Source of the DNA: a virus
Lineage: Duplodnaviria > Caudoviricetes
Length of the DNA stretch: 64,000 nt
IMG/VR virus record: IMGVR_UViG_3300020156_000447
Reading direction: 5' to 3' (one strand)
Shown here: positions 62,686 to 64,000 of the stretch, piece after piece
Layout of the letters: the number at the start of each line of letters is the position of its first letter
Numbering within the stretch: position 1 is the first letter of the stretch
The notes under the pieces: generated by a model
What the model saw: the letters and a program-made list of their open reading frames with translations, nothing else
Databases searched by the model: none
Told to the model about the DNA's origin: nothing
Made by a program: the position numbers and the translations under genes

Positions 62686-64000
62686 GCAGCTCGGCGGCAC
62701 TTAGGTTTTCCACGGCGGTCTTGTCTGGAACCGGAATCGCCACCGGCTGCACCGGTTGAGCTCCCGGGATATTGAACTTCAACTTGTCCGCCGCCGCCTT
62801 TCGGTGCCGGGGGTCGAGGTGTGAATAGATCGAGGAAATCATTACGCCGTTATCCGCATCGCCCCGCCATTCTGCAATAGTGCGATAATCGATCCCACTC
62901 ATGACGGCCCAGCTCGTAAAAAAATGCCGGAGATCGTGCGGAGTAAACTCTCCAACGTTCGGAGTGTGGTCCTTGAATTCCTTGCTGGCGGCCACCGCTT
63001 TTTTCACGCTGTTGAGCGTCTTATACATATGGGTCATGTGATCCCGGTCGCCATCGTTGCGGCTTGCTGGAAAAAGGCAGTCGTCGTTTGGGTCTTTGCG
63101 CGCCTTCATGTCGAGCAGGTGCTTTTCCATTTCCGGGTTGAAGTCGACCGTCACCGTTTTGTCGAATTTCGTGTGCAGCGTGATCGTCCGCTTGTCGAAG
63201 TCGACCTGTGACCAGCGGCAGGTGATGGCGGCTGTGTGTCGCGCGCCGGTCCACTGCATTAGTCGAATCCAATCGACGAACGCCTGGCCGTTGCGGTGGA
63301 TGAGGAAGCCTTTCTTGTGTTTGCGCAGCGCCTCGTTGCAGAGCGCGTCAATGACTTCCGCGGGCCAGAGCGGACGGATGGGGGCCTTATATTCCAACTC
63401 CTTCCAACCGTCAGTGGGCAGCCCGTGCTTCAGGTAGTTTTCGCCCGCGGCAAACTTGCAGAGGTTTTTGAGTGCGATCACGTCCTTGTTGATTACGGTG
63501 TTGGTGACGCCTTCTTTCTTGCGCAAAAGGACGAACTCGTTAATTTGTCGGCGTTCGATTTGGTTGAGACGGGTCTGGCCCAAAAACCTGGCCCATGCCT
63601 TGAGTGAGCTGCGCTCCTTTTTGATCGTCAGCGGACCCTTGGCTTCGGTCTCTTCCATGAACGAGAGATAATGCAAATAGTAGTCGGAGAAAAACGGCGT
63701 GATCCGGGGACCTGGAAGTATCCCTTGGCGACGGTTGGAGAGCAGGGCGGCGTAAGCCTCCTTGGCTTGGGTCACGTTCTTGGCGGGCAGGTTCTCGTCT
63801 GTGAAGAGCGGGACGCGGCGCGGCGTGTTTTTGCCCGGCAGGCAAAGCTGGGCGTAATACCTTCCGTTCCGTTCCCAGATACCCTCCAAATCCCTGCCGC
63901 GACCGTCTTTGACCTTCCGGAACCGGTATTTCTCCGCGCTGACGTTGGCGATTTCGGGCTCGATGCTGCCTTTGGTGTCGGTGGTAGACTCGTTATTCAT
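62645..64000 (-). CDS. int: Tyrosine recombinase / phage integrase
   Basis: WTGAR, HTKFDK, PHDLRH, WRGD, SIYSH; SAM-like core-binding domain; ATG at the last base of the window. Confidence 0.9.
   Translation of the reverse strand: MNNESTTDTKGSIEPEIANVSAEKYRFRKVKDGRGRDLEGIWERNGRYYAQLCLPGKNTPRRVPLFTDENLPAKNVTQAKEAYAALLSNRRQGILPGPRITPFFSDYYLHYLSFMEETEAKGPLTIKKERSSLKAWARFLGQTRLNQIERRQINEFVLLRKKEGVTNTVINKDVIALKNLCKFAAGENYLKHGLPTDGWKELEYKAPIRPLWPAEVIDALCNEALRKHKKGFLIHRNGQAFVDWIRLMQWTGARHTAAITCRWSQVDFDKRTITLHTKFDKTVTVDFNPEMEKHLLDMKARKDPNDDCLFPASRNDGDRDHMTHMYKTLNSVKKAVAASKEFKDHTPNVGEFTPHDLRHFFTSWAVMSGIDYRTIAEWRGDADNGVMISSIYSHLDPRHRKAAADKLKFNIPGAQPVQPVAIPVPDKTAVENLSAAELLKLLQEKLGQAAA

Larger units (their letters stand above)
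1..64000. mobile_element. Temperate podovirus-like phage/prophage (most of the genome)
   Basis: Complete packaging/head/tail gene order, replication module and integrase; no host housekeeping genes; att sites not identified. Confidence 0.9.

Noticed and set aside
261-62700. Many long antisense/overlapping track ORFs (e.g. 290-931+, 8582-9616+, 20819-21964+, 25335-26120+, 50581-51540-, 56523-57617-)
   Set aside because: Shadow frames of GC-rich genes on the opposite strand, with no motifs or start signals
1-64000. CRISPR array or Cas genes
   Set aside because: No regularly spaced 25-40-bp repeats; the Cas4-like nuclease sits in a standard phage replication module

Overview
The window is about 64 kb of a temperate, podovirus-like dsDNA phage or prophage; no host chromosomal genes were recognised. 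The left arm (1-32.4 kb, minus strand) runs terS, accessory genes, terL, portal, scaffold, major capsid, several adhesin/fibre genes, holin/spanin-like genes, head-tail adaptor, tail hub, a citrate-synthase-like plus sulfotransferase-like pair, then ejection proteins. A ~360-bp imperfect palindrome with divergent promoters separates the arms. The right arm (32.85-62.7 kb, plus strand) holds ~30 small early genes, a ~1.1-kb non-coding array, and a replication module: SMC/Rad50-like ATPase, HD hydrolase, dNMP kinase, SF2 helicase, PD-(D/E)xK nuclease, SSB-like protein, family A polymerase, primase-helicase, sigma factor, RuvC-like resolvase and metallophosphoesterase. A convergent tyrosine integrase ends the window. 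The host is tentatively Verrucomicrobiota (inferred from the integrase C-terminal motif, the Fn3 protein style and scarce Shine-Dalgarno use). The strongest candidate new system is the 42.9-44.0 kb array of tRNA-like RNAs, which is punctuated like a phage tRNA cluster but contains no canonical tRNA. It includes two G3:U70/ACCA alanine-identity ends, a circularly permuted YrlA-like tRNA mimic and CCA-ended pseudo-tRNAs. Also notable are a ~16-copy promoter motif (GGTTGnCr-N17/18-CAnnT) probably read by the phage sigma factor, and the separately promoted citrate-synthase-like/sulfotransferase-like pair at the ejection-protein locus. All calls come from reading the sequence by eye; no database searches or folding programs were run.
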